This document shows, piece by piece, positions 38,786-50,532 of a stretch of DNA of 64,000 nt (positions are counted from its first letter, which is position 1; each line of letters begins with the position of its first letter). The notes beneath the pieces were generated by a model that did no database searches, was not told the DNA's origin, and saw only the letters and a list, made by a program, of their open reading frames with translations. The stretch lies in the IMG/VR virus record IMGVR_UViG_3300005573_000084, one strand, 5' to 3'. This DNA comes from an uncultured virus (IMG/VR IMGVR_UViG_3300005573_000084) (taxonomy: Duplodnaviria > Heunggongvirae > Uroviricota > Caudoviricetes). Both the position numbers and the translations under genes were made by a program.

Positions 38786-41700
38786 AATAGGAAATGGAGC
38801 ATATCCTGGCCACCCAAATGTTTTTGCCCCCGTTGTAACAAAATTCTTATATAAAAATGTTATCCATGGCACATTTTTAATATCTAATTTTTCATATTTA
38901 GGAAAAACATCTTTCTTAATCATGAGAAGATTTGCTAAAGATAACGCGTTATCATATATATCATAGTTAACTATAGAAGATTTTATTTTTTCTGAAAAAG
39001 ATAAATTGGTCAATTCATCTTCATTTATCTTAAATTTGTCAAATATTTCTTTTAAAGGTCCTTCATTAATATTATCATCTAACTCGTCTTCAATAAGAAT
39101 AACAGGGTTGAGATTTTTTAATGTCATTCCAAAATTTACACTATATGGTTCCATTGCGTTTGGTAATGCTGCCACAACTTTATTAAGTTTTCCTACTAAA
39201 GATGATAAATCGTCTAATTTTGAATTTATAGACTTTTCAGTTTTATCTAAGAATTCTTCAGATGTTTCTTTAAGTGATGTTCCTAAACTTTTTGCGTCTT
39301 TTAACATCTTTTGTTTTGTTTCAAGTTTCCATAGATTAATTTGTTCTGTTTTAAGTAACTCTTGAGCTTTTAATAATTCTTCTGTCCAATTTTCATATTC
39401 TAATATTTTATTTTGAGATGGTTTGTTAGCTTTAATTTCTAATATCCTTTCTCTATATTTTTTTATATTTTTCTGTGAAGAATCTATCTTTTTTTCATTT
39501 ATATCTATAAATTTTTGTATTGTAATTTTTTTAAATTTAGATATTTGTTCTGATATTTCTTTTTTAAGAGCATCAATTTCATTTCTAATAGCTCTCACTG
39601 GATCTCCAACCGCAACATTATAGGAAGATGTCAGGTTAGCTGTTAACACCCATGGATATATCCACAAACCACAGATACTTATTCCTAAAACTATAAGACC
39701 CCATTTAGTATTTATGGGTTTGATTGGAATATAAATAACTGGTAATAAAATAGGATTTGGAAATATCCATCCAGTCGACCATCCTGTAATAGGATTTGTC
39801 ACACTTGCTAATGTTGCAAATGAACAATATTTTAACCAATATTCTATGTCTGTATATTCATGTTTAGATCTTTTAAAATTATCATTCTTAATATCACACT
39901 TAGGAGTATCTGCAATAGTATATAGCCTTGCTCTTTTTTCTTCATATGTAACAATTGAATATGTTTGAAATAAAGATAAGCTATCAACAAGTTTCTGTAT
40001 CTCTAATATTTCATTATTTAAATTCTTATATTCTAACCACAAATTATTTAAAAAGCTATTTATATCTAAACCTTCTTTTATTGTTTCTTTTTTAGACGTT
40101 GTTTCCTTTTTAAGAATGTTATATTTTTCAACTAATTTATCATAATCTAAATATAGATTAAAAAGAAAAATCGTTTGTTTAACTAGTGAATTTCTTTCGT
40201 TAGAATCTAATTTATTATTTTTATTAGCTAAACCATTAAGCCAATTCTCGAGATCTTTTATTGATTTCTTCTCATCATAATTTTTTAATGCTTTTTCAAA
40301 CCAATTTCCGGGTGATGCTCCTTTTTCTATTTTTTTTATTAAATCATTAATTTTATTAGACAATGTTTTTTTCTTATAATCATCAACAATCAATCTTTTT
40401 CGTATTATTTCATTTATTTTATCTCTAAATTCTATTTCTAAATCATTTGGGTTTTCAATTGTGTTAAACACTGAACTTAATCTAAGAGCATAATATTCAA
40501 GTAAAATAAATTCAGATGATTTTGACTTTGTAACTTTAGCTTGATTTTCAGCTCTTTTTCCTATTAAGTCTAAGTTATTATAAAATAATTCTGTTTCTTT
40601 TTCTACGTCTTCTTTTATCTTATAAAGAGTTTCATTTTTAGCATGTTTTTCTACATTATCTTTATCTGTTATTCTTTTTATATTTTTTTCAAAATTTTTA
40701 TCTATTATTTCGTTTTCTTTCAACGCATTTTTCCATTGACTTTCAACACCTGAATATGTGTCAAATGTAGAAGAATCATCTAAAATTGATATAGATAGTA
40801 ATGATGGATATAAAACTAATGTATAATATTGTTTTAAAAACAATTTAACGTTATTCAATCTTTCATATTTTTGAGATAAAATATCAATTTGTTTCATTAA
40901 AAAATCTTCATCAGAATCAAAAATGTTTCTTATAACAATCTCATTTTTTGTTATTTTATCAATATATCCATTAACAGGAGAATAGAAAGGAGTACCTCCA
41001 ATTTTTCCAATTATAGTGCTTTGTGAAACTAAACTATCTACAGATAAATTAATCGTTAATTTGTCTTTTTCTTTTAAATTTTTTATTATAGCAAATGTAT
41101 CCAATTCTTCTGTATCTTTAATTTCTGGAGTTATTTCTTTATTTTGAGATATTTCACAACTATTAACATTTTCCATTTTTAATGATAATGGAATATGCGG
41201 CGTTGTTATATTATCTTTATTAATTGGGCAATTTATATTTATAGATGAAGTATCTATAGTAATTGGTTCAGGCTTAATATTTATATCTACGGGATCAATA
41301 GAATCTTCATTACATGTTATATTTTTTCTTATATTTTTAAGAGATTCTCTTGAATGTTTCTGGAGAGTTTTTCTATTTTTTATATATAATGTTGTTAATA
41401 CAGTAATTGCTATTAGAATATCATCTAATTTTTTAAATGCATCCTTTATTTTCTCAAGTTTTGTTTTTATGTCTATATTAGAATATTCACTTTTAGTATC
41501 TTGATATCCTTTTTTTAGAGAAACTAATTCTAAACTTATTAAATAATAAGTATTGCGAATAAGTTTTTGAAGATACTTTGTTCTATATCTAGATGGATGT
41601 TCATGTTTTATTAATAGATCATTTACATCTTTTACACATTTTCTTAATAGTTCCTTATATGTATTAATTGATTCTTTTTCAAAAGAATAAGATGAACTCA

Positions 41701-42163
41701 AAGCTATAATACCAATTTGTGATAGAAGATTTTTTGTTTTATTTTCATTGTATTTACTATCTATATCATTTTTTAATGATACGTTATTTAAAATATTATC
41801 ATTTAACGCGTTTTCATTTAAATATTTATTAATATCAATATTTTCTTCATCATTGTAACATTCTTTTATTATATCAGATATTGCATCATCATTCATTTCA
41901 TTATTTGTAAATTTTAATATTACTTTTGCTCTTTTGTCATTTCTTAAAAAATCAACATTTATTTTAGATGACACGTTATCATCTAATAATTCTTTTGCTA
42001 TAATTGCAAGTAATTCTAAAGATGCTTTTTCTAATAATTGTAATTTTATACTTTTTAAAAAAAACTTTTTTTCTTTCAAAATATTTTCCTTTAATAATAA
42101 ACTTTGTTTATTAAGATGATCTTTCTTTTTTGTAAGTTTTTTTAATTTATTTAGCACACTCAT
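38783..42163 (-). CDS. Large coiled-coil hypothetical protein (1,126 aa)
   Basis: Long ORF downstream of the baseplate module, with a hydrophobic P/W-rich segment. Confidence 0.7.
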   Translation of the reverse strand: MSVLNKLKKLTKKKDHLNKQSLLLKENILKEKKFFLKSIKLQLLEKASLELLAIIAKELLDDNVSSKINVDFLRNDKRAKVILKFTNNEMNDDAISDIIKECYNDEENIDINKYLNENALNDNILNNVSLKNDIDSKYNENKTKNLLSQIGIIALSSSYSFEKESINTYKELLRKCVKDVNDLLIKHEHPSRYRTKYLQKLIRNTYYLISLELVSLKKGYQDTKSEYSNIDIKTKLEKIKDAFKKLDDILIAITVLTTLYIKNRKTLQKHSRESLKNIRKNITCNEDSIDPVDINIKPEPITIDTSSININCPINKDNITTPHIPLSLKMENVNSCEISQNKEITPEIKDTEELDTFAIIKNLKEKDKLTINLSVDSLVSQSTIIGKIGGTPFYSPVNGYIDKITKNEIVIRNIFDSDEDFLMKQIDILSQKYERLNNVKLFLKQYYTLVLYPSLLSISILDDSSTFDTYSGVESQWKNALKENEIIDKNFEKNIKRITDKDNVEKHAKNETLYKIKEDVEKETELFYNNLDLIGKRAENQAKVTKSKSSEFILLEYYALRLSSVFNTIENPNDLEIEFRDKINEIIRKRLIVDDYKKKTLSNKINDLIKKIEKGASPGNWFEKALKNYDEKKSIKDLENWLNGLANKNNKLDSNERNSLVKQTIFLFNLYLDYDKLVEKYNILKKETTSKKETIKEGLDINSFLNNLWLEYKNLNNEILEIQKLVDSLSLFQTYSIVTYEEKRARLYTIADTPKCDIKNDNFKRSKHEYTDIEYWLKYCSFATLASVTNPITGWSTGWIFPNPILLPVIYIPIKPINTKWGLIVLGISICGLWIYPWVLTANLTSSYNVAVGDPVRAIRNEIDALKKEISEQISKFKKITIQKFIDINEKKIDSSQKNIKKYRERILEIKANKPSQNKILEYENWTEELLKAQELLKTEQINLWKLETKQKMLKDAKSLGTSLKETSEEFLDKTEKSINSKLDDLSSLVGKLNKVVAALPNAMEPYSVNFGMTLKNLNPVILIEDELDDNINEGPLKEIFDKFKINEDELTNLSFSEKIKSSIVNYDIYDNALSLANLLMIKKDVFPKYEKLDIKNVPWITFLYKNFVTTGAKTFGWPGYAPFPI

Positions 42164-42482
42164 ATTTTATTCTATAGTTTCAATTTTTCATTTTTATGTC
42201 TATAAGAATACACTACCATATTAAATGAATCATTAAAAAAATTATTTTTTTATATATTTTTTTTATCAAACACTTTTTTATATTTTAAAAAATAACATAT
42301 ATAACATAAACATGATAAGTATATACATTTTAATATTTTTTTTAAAAATGTTCTTTGTAATAATTTAAATATTTATAGAACTCAATATCAAATTTAATAT
42401 CACTAGTGTTAATATTCTCTAAATCATTGATATTACATAAAACTAGATTTATAACTTTTATATTCACTTAAATGAATTTTAT

Positions 42483-43262
42483 TTAAACGCTAATCATCAC
42501 ATTTGTTGATGATATAGATTGCTTTACAGACTCAACTAAACCAGCATTAACTCCAGGTGTCATTGGAAATTTTGCATCTATTGCTGTTGCTAGCGTAGAT
42601 AATAATGCAAGTATAGGTTCTGCTAAAACAGCATGAGAATAGGGCCCCGGACCAACTTTAGTAGTTTGAGCTCCATTAACTATAACTTCATCTGCTGTAA
42701 CTTCAACTTTTGAACCTGCCGCAACATTAACCTCATTTTTGGTTGTAATGTTTGTAACATCTCCATCCATTTGAATAATAGAGTCACCGTTAGGCGTAGA
42801 TAATGTTATCATTGTATCAGGAGTAATCTGAAACTTTGATTCTTTATAATAAACTTGTATTCCACTTTTTTTCTGAAAAATAATTGTCACATCTTCATCC
42901 GGGTCATATAATAAAACATGAGTACCTTCATAATCATCTTTAATTCTCTTTATAAGTTCAGTGTCGACATTCTGAATGCTCGTATATTCTGGAGCATACT
43001 GATCTCCATTATTAAATTGAACTCTTACAAAATGACCAACTTTAGGAACTGACAATGAGCCAGATCCATTTCCAGCAAATACACCCGATATAAGAGGTAC
43101 TGCCCATGGACAATGTTCATCTTTTATTCCATCATGAAGGCCAAATACTCTTACTTGGCACCTTCCTGAAAATGTTGGATCTTTAGTGTTAATAACAACT
43201 CCTATCCAATCATTATCTCTATAATCATGCTCTATAAAATCAACATCTGGTGTGTAATCCAT
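42483..43262 (-). CDS. gp5-like baseplate hub/spike protein (OB-fold, no lysozyme domain)
   Basis: GVVINTKDP..SGRCQVRVFGLH...PWA...SVPKVG..V.V.F.NGD. Confidence 0.85.
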   Translation of the reverse strand: MDYTPDVDFIEHDYRDNDWIGVVINTKDPTFSGRCQVRVFGLHDGIKDEHCPWAVPLISGVFAGNGSGSLSVPKVGHFVRVQFNNGDQYAPEYTSIQNVDTELIKRIKDDYEGTHVLLYDPDEDVTIIFQKKSGIQVYYKESKFQITPDTMITLSTPNGDSIIQMDGDVTNITTKNEVNVAAGSKVEVTADEVIVNGAQTTKVGPGPYSHAVLAEPILALLSTLATAIDAKFPMTPGVNAGLVESVKQSISSTNVMISV

Positions 43263-43263
43263 T

Positions 43264-45273
43264 TTATTTCTCTATTTTACTATTAGTTGCTTTACTTGGT
43301 TCTGGTTGTTTTAATTTTTCATCTTCAATTTTTTTATTGATTACTGATGTCGGGCTATATTCTATAATGTTTGAGAGTTCAATTGTCTTTTTTCTAATAT
43401 TAGATTTATCTTGTAATAAAGACGAAGAGATCTCACCCTTAAGTTTTTCAGAAGGAACTGCCTTTTCAGTTTCAACAATTTCTATCTGATCATTTAGTTT
43501 ATTTGAAGAAGTTCCTTGATATAGTTTATCACTTTCTATATTTGTTGATAATTTTGAAGATGGAGGAATTTGAGACAAATTATTTTTAATATTATTATTT
43601 AATTTGCTAGATGGAGATTCGTTATAAAGTTTTTCAGATTCAATTTTTCCCGAAACAGCATTAGGCAAAATTATAGGAATCTGAGCTGTTTCAATGTTAT
43701 CTTTTTTTATTTTAGATTGTTTGTTAACAATTTCAGAGTACTCATCTGCATTATTTAAACTCTTCTCTACATTTTCTTCATTACTTGAAACTAAATTAGT
43801 TGCTAATGAATAATCTTTTATTTTTTCCCACATACCTTTATCATTTAATGCAAGAGTTGCTCCTGCTACTAATAATTTAGTTTCTTCATCAGTAGCTTTA
43901 GATTTTGATAATTTTACTAATACTTCTTTTAACATACTATCTGTAGATATAGGGCCATTTAATTTCTCAGATGGCGCATTACCAAATTGTCTGCTATATT
44001 CATCTACGCCTTTTCTTATTAATCCTAATGCTCCTACAACATTTTTTGCTTGTAACATTAACTGTATTTCATTGAAAGAAACTCCTAATAGCGGAATATT
44101 CATCATTTTAGATTTATCTATTATTTGATGAACTTCATTTTTTACATATGATTTTCCAAATGAAAGCGCATTACTGACCCATGTTGCAGGTTCTGTTGGT
44201 TTTACTTCTATAGGTTTGTTTTCACTTTCAAAAACGTTTCCTATTTTAGCTCCATAAAAAGTGGTATTATTAGCGTTTTCATTATAAGGCAATCCTGAAG
44301 TATGTTCTTCTTCTTGCGTATCTATATTTTGCGCAATATTCTGCATATCTTTTATAGTAGTAATATCCGAAGGCTTTTCTTCTGTTAAAGAAATAGATTC
44401 ATTTGTTCTATCTATTCCATTAAGTTTTCTATCAACTAAATATTTATGTTTAAATAATGGATATATTTGAGTTTCTTTAACATTGCCAACATTTATTGAA
44501 AATTTTACAGTAGCTTGTGTAGGTTCAGAACCTACATTTAAACTTTCTAATTCAGAAAAAGATATATCGGATAGATTAAATTCACACATTTCACATTTTA
44601 TTTTCCATATAGGAAATGTATCATTTAATATTTTAAGAGTCATATTTTTTGTTTCATAATTTGTGACATTATTCCATGAATGAAAAGTTCTATATTCTGT
44701 TAAATAAATATCTAACGTAAAATATCTCATCATATCGGGAAGAACCCATCTTTGCCACACATCATCCCAAACAATTTTCCTATAAAGATTTAACAAATAA
44801 CTCATTTTTAAATCTACGCTTTCTAAACATGTTATAGTTAGTTTTTTATCTACTATTCTTCTACCTTTAGTTGTATCAATTTTTAATAATTCTCCTACTC
44901 CTTCTATAGATTGAAAGTAATATGGATATTTTTCTTGAATAATGTTAAATTTATTTATAAAATCTATTAACATTTTTGCTCTAATTGGTTCATTGGAATC
45001 ATATAGATATTGAACTGATGAATATAATAAAGGATCTGTCTTATTATCTATGATATTTGAAGATTTTTTAAGTTCTTCTATATTTGATGTATTAAATAAA
45101 GGATGCGGCATTACATCAAAACTTGCAGAATCTGTTGCATCGTTATAAGTTTTATCTCCATTACTACCAAATATTAACCTAAATGAAAAATATGTAGGCT
45201 CATCGTAACGTTTATTAATCTCATTTAATAAAGGAATTGTGTTAACACTTCTAAAATCTTTGTATACAGACAT
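43264..45273 (-). CDS. Putative tail-tube-related/baseplate protein
   Basis: Position in the baseplate module; PYYFQSIEG...ITCLESVDL. Confidence 0.45.
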   Translation of the reverse strand: MSVYKDFRSVNTIPLLNEINKRYDEPTYFSFRLIFGSNGDKTYNDATDSASFDVMPHPLFNTSNIEELKKSSNIIDNKTDPLLYSSVQYLYDSNEPIRAKMLIDFINKFNIIQEKYPYYFQSIEGVGELLKIDTTKGRRIVDKKLTITCLESVDLKMSYLLNLYRKIVWDDVWQRWVLPDMMRYFTLDIYLTEYRTFHSWNNVTNYETKNMTLKILNDTFPIWKIKCEMCEFNLSDISFSELESLNVGSEPTQATVKFSINVGNVKETQIYPLFKHKYLVDRKLNGIDRTNESISLTEEKPSDITTIKDMQNIAQNIDTQEEEHTSGLPYNENANNTTFYGAKIGNVFESENKPIEVKPTEPATWVSNALSFGKSYVKNEVHQIIDKSKMMNIPLLGVSFNEIQLMLQAKNVVGALGLIRKGVDEYSRQFGNAPSEKLNGPISTDSMLKEVLVKLSKSKATDEETKLLVAGATLALNDKGMWEKIKDYSLATNLVSSNEENVEKSLNNADEYSEIVNKQSKIKKDNIETAQIPIILPNAVSGKIESEKLYNESPSSKLNNNIKNNLSQIPPSSKLSTNIESDKLYQGTSSNKLNDQIEIVETEKAVPSEKLKGEISSSLLQDKSNIRKKTIELSNIIEYSPTSVINKKIEDEKLKQPEPSKATNSKIEK

Positions 45274-45288
45274 ATCTTTAAATTTATT

Positions 45289-46887
45289 TTATGAAACTTT
45301 TGTTTTTATTGGTTCTACTGGAACAGGTGCGGGCCATTCTCTTCTAGTTAAAATAAATTCTTGTGTAAAATTACTTGTTATTTTACTTTTTTGTGTGCCG
45401 TCCCATTCAAGTGTGAAACCCTTTACTATGTACCAACCACTGTAAAATAAATCTAACATTTCATTAAAATTTGAATCTGGATTAATAGCCATAGTTTCAA
45501 ATGTATCTGTTCGAATTAATGCTAGAGGAATTCTATCATATTTAATAATGTTAAAATTGTTTCCTATTACTTCTACACTAACGTTTAATTTATCTAATTC
45601 TTTGTTATTTATTAAGTTTTGAACAATTGCTACTTTATAATTTTTATGATGATTTCCATCCCATTCTAAATTATCTTTTTCTGGATTACTTATTGTATAT
45701 TGAATTCCTAACCAAGGAAATTTTTGATAATATTCTGTAAATGGATAATTTGCTCTTCTTAGTTCATCATTATTTTTATCAGGGACATATGATGCTCTTC
45801 CTCTTAATAAAATTGTTTTATTAGTTTTTTCGTTATCATATGTAGGCTCAACTGTAACAGCCCAATATTTTTCTTTCGTTTTATCTTCATATAAATGAGC
45901 ATTGTGTTCAAATAGTTCACATGTCATTTTAGTTCCTATTTGAAATGTTATAGTTGATGATACGTTAATAGGTTTCCATCTCTTAATATAAAATGAAGAT
46001 GTTTTAAATTGTGAGAAATTTGAAAAAACTTTCACAGTTGGTATAGTGGATTTTTGTGATGTATCTGCACCATAATGAAAATTTTTATCTATATTACTCA
46101 CTAATGCAGCTATTTCAATTTCAGATTCAGCAGAAATTAATTGCTTATTAACATTTATAAAATTTAAGTTGTAGTAAATATCTATAAATGATTTGTAAAA
46201 TGAGTCATTATCTTTCCAAGCTCTTTGAGTTATATGATTAACATACATATCACCACTAATATTAGCCTTTAGCCAAATTTGTTTGTCATTTGTATCATCT
46301 TCATTTGAGGCAAATCCTAATTTATATCTTTTTGCGAAATCTTGTAATGCATAATAACTCGTGCCTTCGAATGAAAAATCATTAATTTGACTTTTTAAAC
46401 CTGGAATAAATAATTCTCCGAAAAATGTTATCATTATAGGTGCTGTAGTATCAGTTAAATTCGGAGAAACGTGAACACCCGTTATAACATAATCATTACG
46501 TATTATTTTTAGTGCATCTGTTGTATTTCTTATTGCTATTGATATTATATCTCCATCTTTAGGCATATTTTTTGCTATAAATGCACTATGTATCATCAAA
46601 GCTGTAACAGATATCTTGGGCAAAAATCCAGTACAATCAATTTTTACAGATTGTAATTCATTTCTAGAGAAAATGTAATCATTTATTTTAACAATAGGAT
46701 ATTCTACAGATGCAACATCTTCATTTTTTTGATTACCGCTCCTTTCATCGGCTAGAATTGAAAGTTCATCTAATTCTAAAGTTTTCTCAAAAACTGTTAT
46801 TATTTTATAAACAGCTCTTTTTTCTTGGGGCGGTTTATTTAATTTTGTTGAGTCAGGAGGTTTTATAATATTAATAGGTTTATTCAT
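45289..46887 (-). CDS. Putative baseplate hub protein (gp27-like)
   Basis: Position between gp53-like and gp5-like genes; C-terminal YSGWYIVKG...F.LTRREW. Confidence 0.5.
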   Translation of the reverse strand: MNKPINIIKPPDSTKLNKPPQEKRAVYKIITVFEKTLELDELSILADERSGNQKNEDVASVEYPIVKINDYIFSRNELQSVKIDCTGFLPKISVTALMIHSAFIAKNMPKDGDIISIAIRNTTDALKIIRNDYVITGVHVSPNLTDTTAPIMITFFGELFIPGLKSQINDFSFEGTSYYALQDFAKRYKLGFASNEDDTNDKQIWLKANISGDMYVNHITQRAWKDNDSFYKSFIDIYYNLNFINVNKQLISAESEIEIAALVSNIDKNFHYGADTSQKSTIPTVKVFSNFSQFKTSSFYIKRWKPINVSSTITFQIGTKMTCELFEHNAHLYEDKTKEKYWAVTVEPTYDNEKTNKTILLRGRASYVPDKNNDELRRANYPFTEYYQKFPWLGIQYTISNPEKDNLEWDGNHHKNYKVAIVQNLINNKELDKLNVSVEVIGNNFNIIKYDRIPLALIRTDTFETMAINPDSNFNEMLDLFYSGWYIVKGFTLEWDGTQKSKITSNFTQEFILTRREWPAPVPVEPIKTKVS

Positions 46888-47468
46888 TTTATTTTTTTAC
46901 TTTTAATGACAGTTGTTAAAAATTCTGATTGAGACATTCCATTTTGTAAACATGTGTTTGCGTTTTCTCCAAAATAAACTCTTCCATTTCTATATGTTAT
47001 TTGTGTCTCATCTTCTTTTGCAATATTTGGAGGAAGAGCGCCTTCTTCAGCTCCGCCAACAATTGGTCTATTTTGAAATGTTGTATCTCTTTTGGGAATT
47101 TTAAGAGGATCTATGTATTTATAACTATTTCTAATTGCTTTAGCGCCATCAACATCTATGCCCTTAGGTTTTGAAATAATAGGTTGTATTGAATCCAATA
47201 TAGGAATTAATATTAAATCTCCCTCTTTAATAGAAAATGGATTTGATATTCCATTAAATTTCAATATAATTTCAGCATATAGAGAATTATTATATACGGC
47301 TCCAGATATTAAATCTGGTCTCATTTCAAATTCTTTAGGAACTTTATATACGTTATATTTTATATAATTTTTATTTTTAAGATCAAACATAGGTGCTGTT
47401 AAATCTTTAATTTCTATTTTATCCGGTCTTAAAAATGTTGGCTTTCTATCTAAACTGTTTAAAAACAT
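46884..47468 (-). CDS. gp53-like/LysM baseplate wedge protein
   Basis: RPDLIS..VY.......IILKFNGISNPFSIKEGDLILIP. Confidence 0.75.
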   Translation of the reverse strand: MFLNSLDRKPTFLRPDKIEIKDLTAPMFDLKNKNYIKYNVYKVPKEFEMRPDLISGAVYNNSLYAEIILKFNGISNPFSIKEGDLILIPILDSIQPIISKPKGIDVDGAKAIRNSYKYIDPLKIPKRDTTFQNRPIVGGAEEGALPPNIAKEDETQITYRNGRVYFGENANTCLQNGMSQSEFLTTVIKSKKIK

Positions 47469-47483
47469 ATGATAAATTTTATT

Positions 47484-50003
47484 TTATTGTAGAGATTTCA
47501 TTGCAATCCAATCAGCTGTTCTATATGCACTTCTAAATATTTCATTTGTATTTGCTTCAATTGTCGAGTTTTCAGAAATTCCTAAACTAAAACTTGCTCT
47601 GTTCCAAATTGTTACTTCACTGCCATGATTTGAAGGCTCTTTTCCTTTAAGTTCTTGAGAAGAAATATTTCTTCCTGACATTCTATTCTTATATACTATA
47701 CCAGTTTTAGCGCCCGGTGCAGTTCCAACTTGAGTACGCGTTTTAGTAGCTTGATCTACAACAGTTTGATAATCTGCGCTACCAAGAAATGATTCAGGAA
47801 GACTATAAATTCTACCCATACCTCTATTAAACATAGATTCTATTGCATCTCTATCTCTTGCCATAGCATGTTTAAGTGTTACAACTATTTTTATTTCTGT
47901 TGGAAAATCGTCTGGGCCCAATTCATCATTGAACTCAACTGATATATTATCACATACAAGATTTCCTATCATTGCAATTGGATTAAGAGGATTTCCTATT
48001 GTAAGATGCCATTCTCCGACAGGCTCTCCTGTTAATATAGCTTTCATTCCTGTCATAAACGGAATTTGTCCTGCACTCTTTTTTGCCATTTCATTTGATA
48101 TTATGTTTCCAATTCCTCCGCTAAATAAGGACGTTAATGCTTCGAATCCTGATCCTTTTTCTCCACTAAATAAATTCGAGAAAAATCCTTTAACGCTTTC
48201 TAATATATTTGTTCCTGCACCTAATATACTTGCATTTTTTCCACCACTACTCTGTTTAGATTCAGATCCTCCGTGTGCAAATTGTTTTATTACAGTCATA
48301 CCCCACTCTATTGGTTTTCCTTGATACCATTTTTCTATACCCTCATCACCACCAAGAAATGGATACATTGCCGGGTTTGCCATAAATCTATGCGCGCCTC
48401 CAAAAAACACTGCTGTAGCAGAACCCATTACTAAAAAATTAGATAATATGTCTAATAAAACTGCCTTAGGATTAATTCCACCTACAGGCCTGGCGACATA
48501 TTCAAATGTAATATTTAATGATTCTTGATTGAAAATTAATCCAGGTTTACGTTTTTTTACACTATCTATTCTATTTACTGGCCCTATTATTCTATTTTCA
48601 TAGGGGCCATCTTTATATGGATCTGGAGGAAGATGGCCTTTATCAAAAATGTATTCTTTATTAAAATTTCCGCCCGCAACATTAAGCATTTCAGCAAATT
48701 TAGCCAGTCCTCCATATAAACCGGCCGGGCCTGCATTATTATCAGGTACTGATTCGGTATTAGCCTCCCAAACACTTGCTTGAACATCTTCCCAAGGAAA
48801 ACCCGTTGTGAATTTAAGAAGAGAATTTAAAGAATTTGAAGTTCCTTCTCCGAAATATGTTACTGCAGTTGCCATTGGAGGAAAAGATACATTATTTGGA
48901 ATTGAACCCGCATCTTCTTTACCTCCAGTTTCAGAACTTCCTGGATTAGTGTTACTGGTCATTCCGGGAAAATTTAAATTATCTAGTATAGGAGCTGCGT
49001 ATCTTCTAAGTGTTATTAATCTATTATTTTCAATTTTTTTCCAATACTTACAAAATACAAAGTCTGTGAAATGATATGGCGTTCTTCCATAAGGATCTCC
49101 ATTTCCCCAAGATATTAATGCTGAAGTAGTTGGTGTAGTTGATACTCCAATTCTTCCCTTTATATCTTCATCAACTTCATACCACTTTCTTTGTCCCTTT
49201 TGATTTACTAAATTATTGCCACCCTTTGATCCATATAAACGAATTAAAGCATAAGTATTTTGAAGTGCTGGAACTCCTTTATAAAAATCATCTTTAGACA
49301 TTTCATCATATTGTCTAGAACGAGCTCTTTTTAAATCTTCTTTATTTTTAGCTGTAGAATTTTCTATAGCATCACTTGTTATAATATATCCAGTTGTACT
49401 TAATTCTTGATAATTTAAAGAATAGGGAACTATTAAAGTTGGATGATCATCATTATATCTATGCGCTTCAAATCTACTTAATCTTCTATCAAAAGGATCT
49501 CTACCAGAATTTATATTTTCAATTGAACTAATGTTTGTATTTTTGTTTTCATTAGATTTATCACTTGCTTTCTTTTTTTGAAGACAACTTTTAACAATTG
49601 ATTTTGCTTCTTCTTTGTAATTTCTCCAAACCCAATCAGCCATTCTATTTACTTCAGCAGAATTTTCTTCATCGGTTACATCAATTGATTTAGAATGTTT
49701 TAGATTATATTTCTTAAGAGATATTTGTGCATTTATCTCTTTTACTACAATGCCGTCTGGTAATACTTTTCCAGATGCTTGAATAATTTTTTTATTTTTA
49801 TTACTTGGATCATCTAGATATTTTTGTACATTTTGCTTATTAACTTCTCTCTCATTTCCCGGGTATCTAGATAAGTAGATATTGACAATTTTATCTCTTA
49901 TACATGAATTTTCTGAGACTAATAATTGAAAATCTGCCCATTCATATACTCCACTTATATACTTATCATCTAATGTTTTTAAATATTCTTCAAATTTACC
50001 CAT
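47484..50003 (-). CDS. Putative baseplate/tail-tube initiator protein
   Basis: C-terminal WHLTIGNPLNPIAMIGNLVC...GPDDFPTEIK; position in the tail module. Confidence 0.5.
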   Translation of the reverse strand: MGKFEEYLKTLDDKYISGVYEWADFQLLVSENSCIRDKIVNIYLSRYPGNEREVNKQNVQKYLDDPSNKNKKIIQASGKVLPDGIVVKEINAQISLKKYNLKHSKSIDVTDEENSAEVNRMADWVWRNYKEEAKSIVKSCLQKKKASDKSNENKNTNISSIENINSGRDPFDRRLSRFEAHRYNDDHPTLIVPYSLNYQELSTTGYIITSDAIENSTAKNKEDLKRARSRQYDEMSKDDFYKGVPALQNTYALIRLYGSKGGNNLVNQKGQRKWYEVDEDIKGRIGVSTTPTTSALISWGNGDPYGRTPYHFTDFVFCKYWKKIENNRLITLRRYAAPILDNLNFPGMTSNTNPGSSETGGKEDAGSIPNNVSFPPMATAVTYFGEGTSNSLNSLLKFTTGFPWEDVQASVWEANTESVPDNNAGPAGLYGGLAKFAEMLNVAGGNFNKEYIFDKGHLPPDPYKDGPYENRIIGPVNRIDSVKKRKPGLIFNQESLNITFEYVARPVGGINPKAVLLDILSNFLVMGSATAVFFGGAHRFMANPAMYPFLGGDEGIEKWYQGKPIEWGMTVIKQFAHGGSESKQSSGGKNASILGAGTNILESVKGFFSNLFSGEKGSGFEALTSLFSGGIGNIISNEMAKKSAGQIPFMTGMKAILTGEPVGEWHLTIGNPLNPIAMIGNLVCDNISVEFNDELGPDDFPTEIKIVVTLKHAMARDRDAIESMFNRGMGRIYSLPESFLGSADYQTVVDQATKTRTQVGTAPGAKTGIVYKNRMSGRNISSQELKGKEPSNHGSEVTIWNRASFSLGISENSTIEANTNEIFRSAYRTADWIAMKSLQ

Positions 50004-50032
50004 TTTTTAGATTTATTTTTATTTATATATTC

Positions 50033-50073
50033 AAAATAAAAGCTCAACCATACTATGATTGAGCTTTTATTTT
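50033..50073. terminator. Intergenic hairpin, probable terminator
   Basis: aaaataaaagctcaa...ttgagcttttatttt inverted repeat. Confidence 0.7.
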
Positions 50074-50088
50074 CTAATTTTCATTCAT

Positions 50089-50529
50089 TTATTTTTTCCA
50101 TTCAATATCTTTCATATACGTTATTTTTTGGCATTCAATTAATCTAACTCTTTTAATAGTTGGAAAGAATATAATTTCATCAAATAAGTGATATAGGTGT
50201 TCTAATTTAGGAACATTATAATCATCCATTAAAACAACTTCACTTATTGTGTCTATTTTCGATAAAACATCATATAAATTTAATATTAAATCTTCTGATA
50301 TATTTGAATTTGAATATACTATGCCACGCATTCTTTTAGATTTAGAATATGACTTAATAAGCTCATTTATCTTATTACTTATAATAAATGAGCCATATTC
50401 ATCTATTGTAGAATATGTGTATCCATATTCTTCCAATATATCGGGAACATATATTATATAAAATAATTTAAGATTAAGAAATGATTTTTTAAGTTGTTGT
50501 ATATTTTCTATTGTAACATAAAACTTCAT
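50089..50529 (-). CDS. Hypothetical protein
   Basis: ORF in operon. Confidence 0.65.
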   Translation of the reverse strand: MKFYVTIENIQQLKKSFLNLKLFYIIYVPDILEEYGYTYSTIDEYGSFIISNKINELIKSYSKSKRMRGIVYSNSNISEDLILNLYDVLSKIDTISEVVLMDDYNVPKLEHLYHLFDEIIFFPTIKRVRLIECQKITYMKDIEWKK

Positions 50530-50532
50530 ATC

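Noticed and set aside
42150..42165. CIRCE-like TTAGCAC half-site
   Set aside because: Only one half-site, it overlaps a start codon region, and it is far from hsp20
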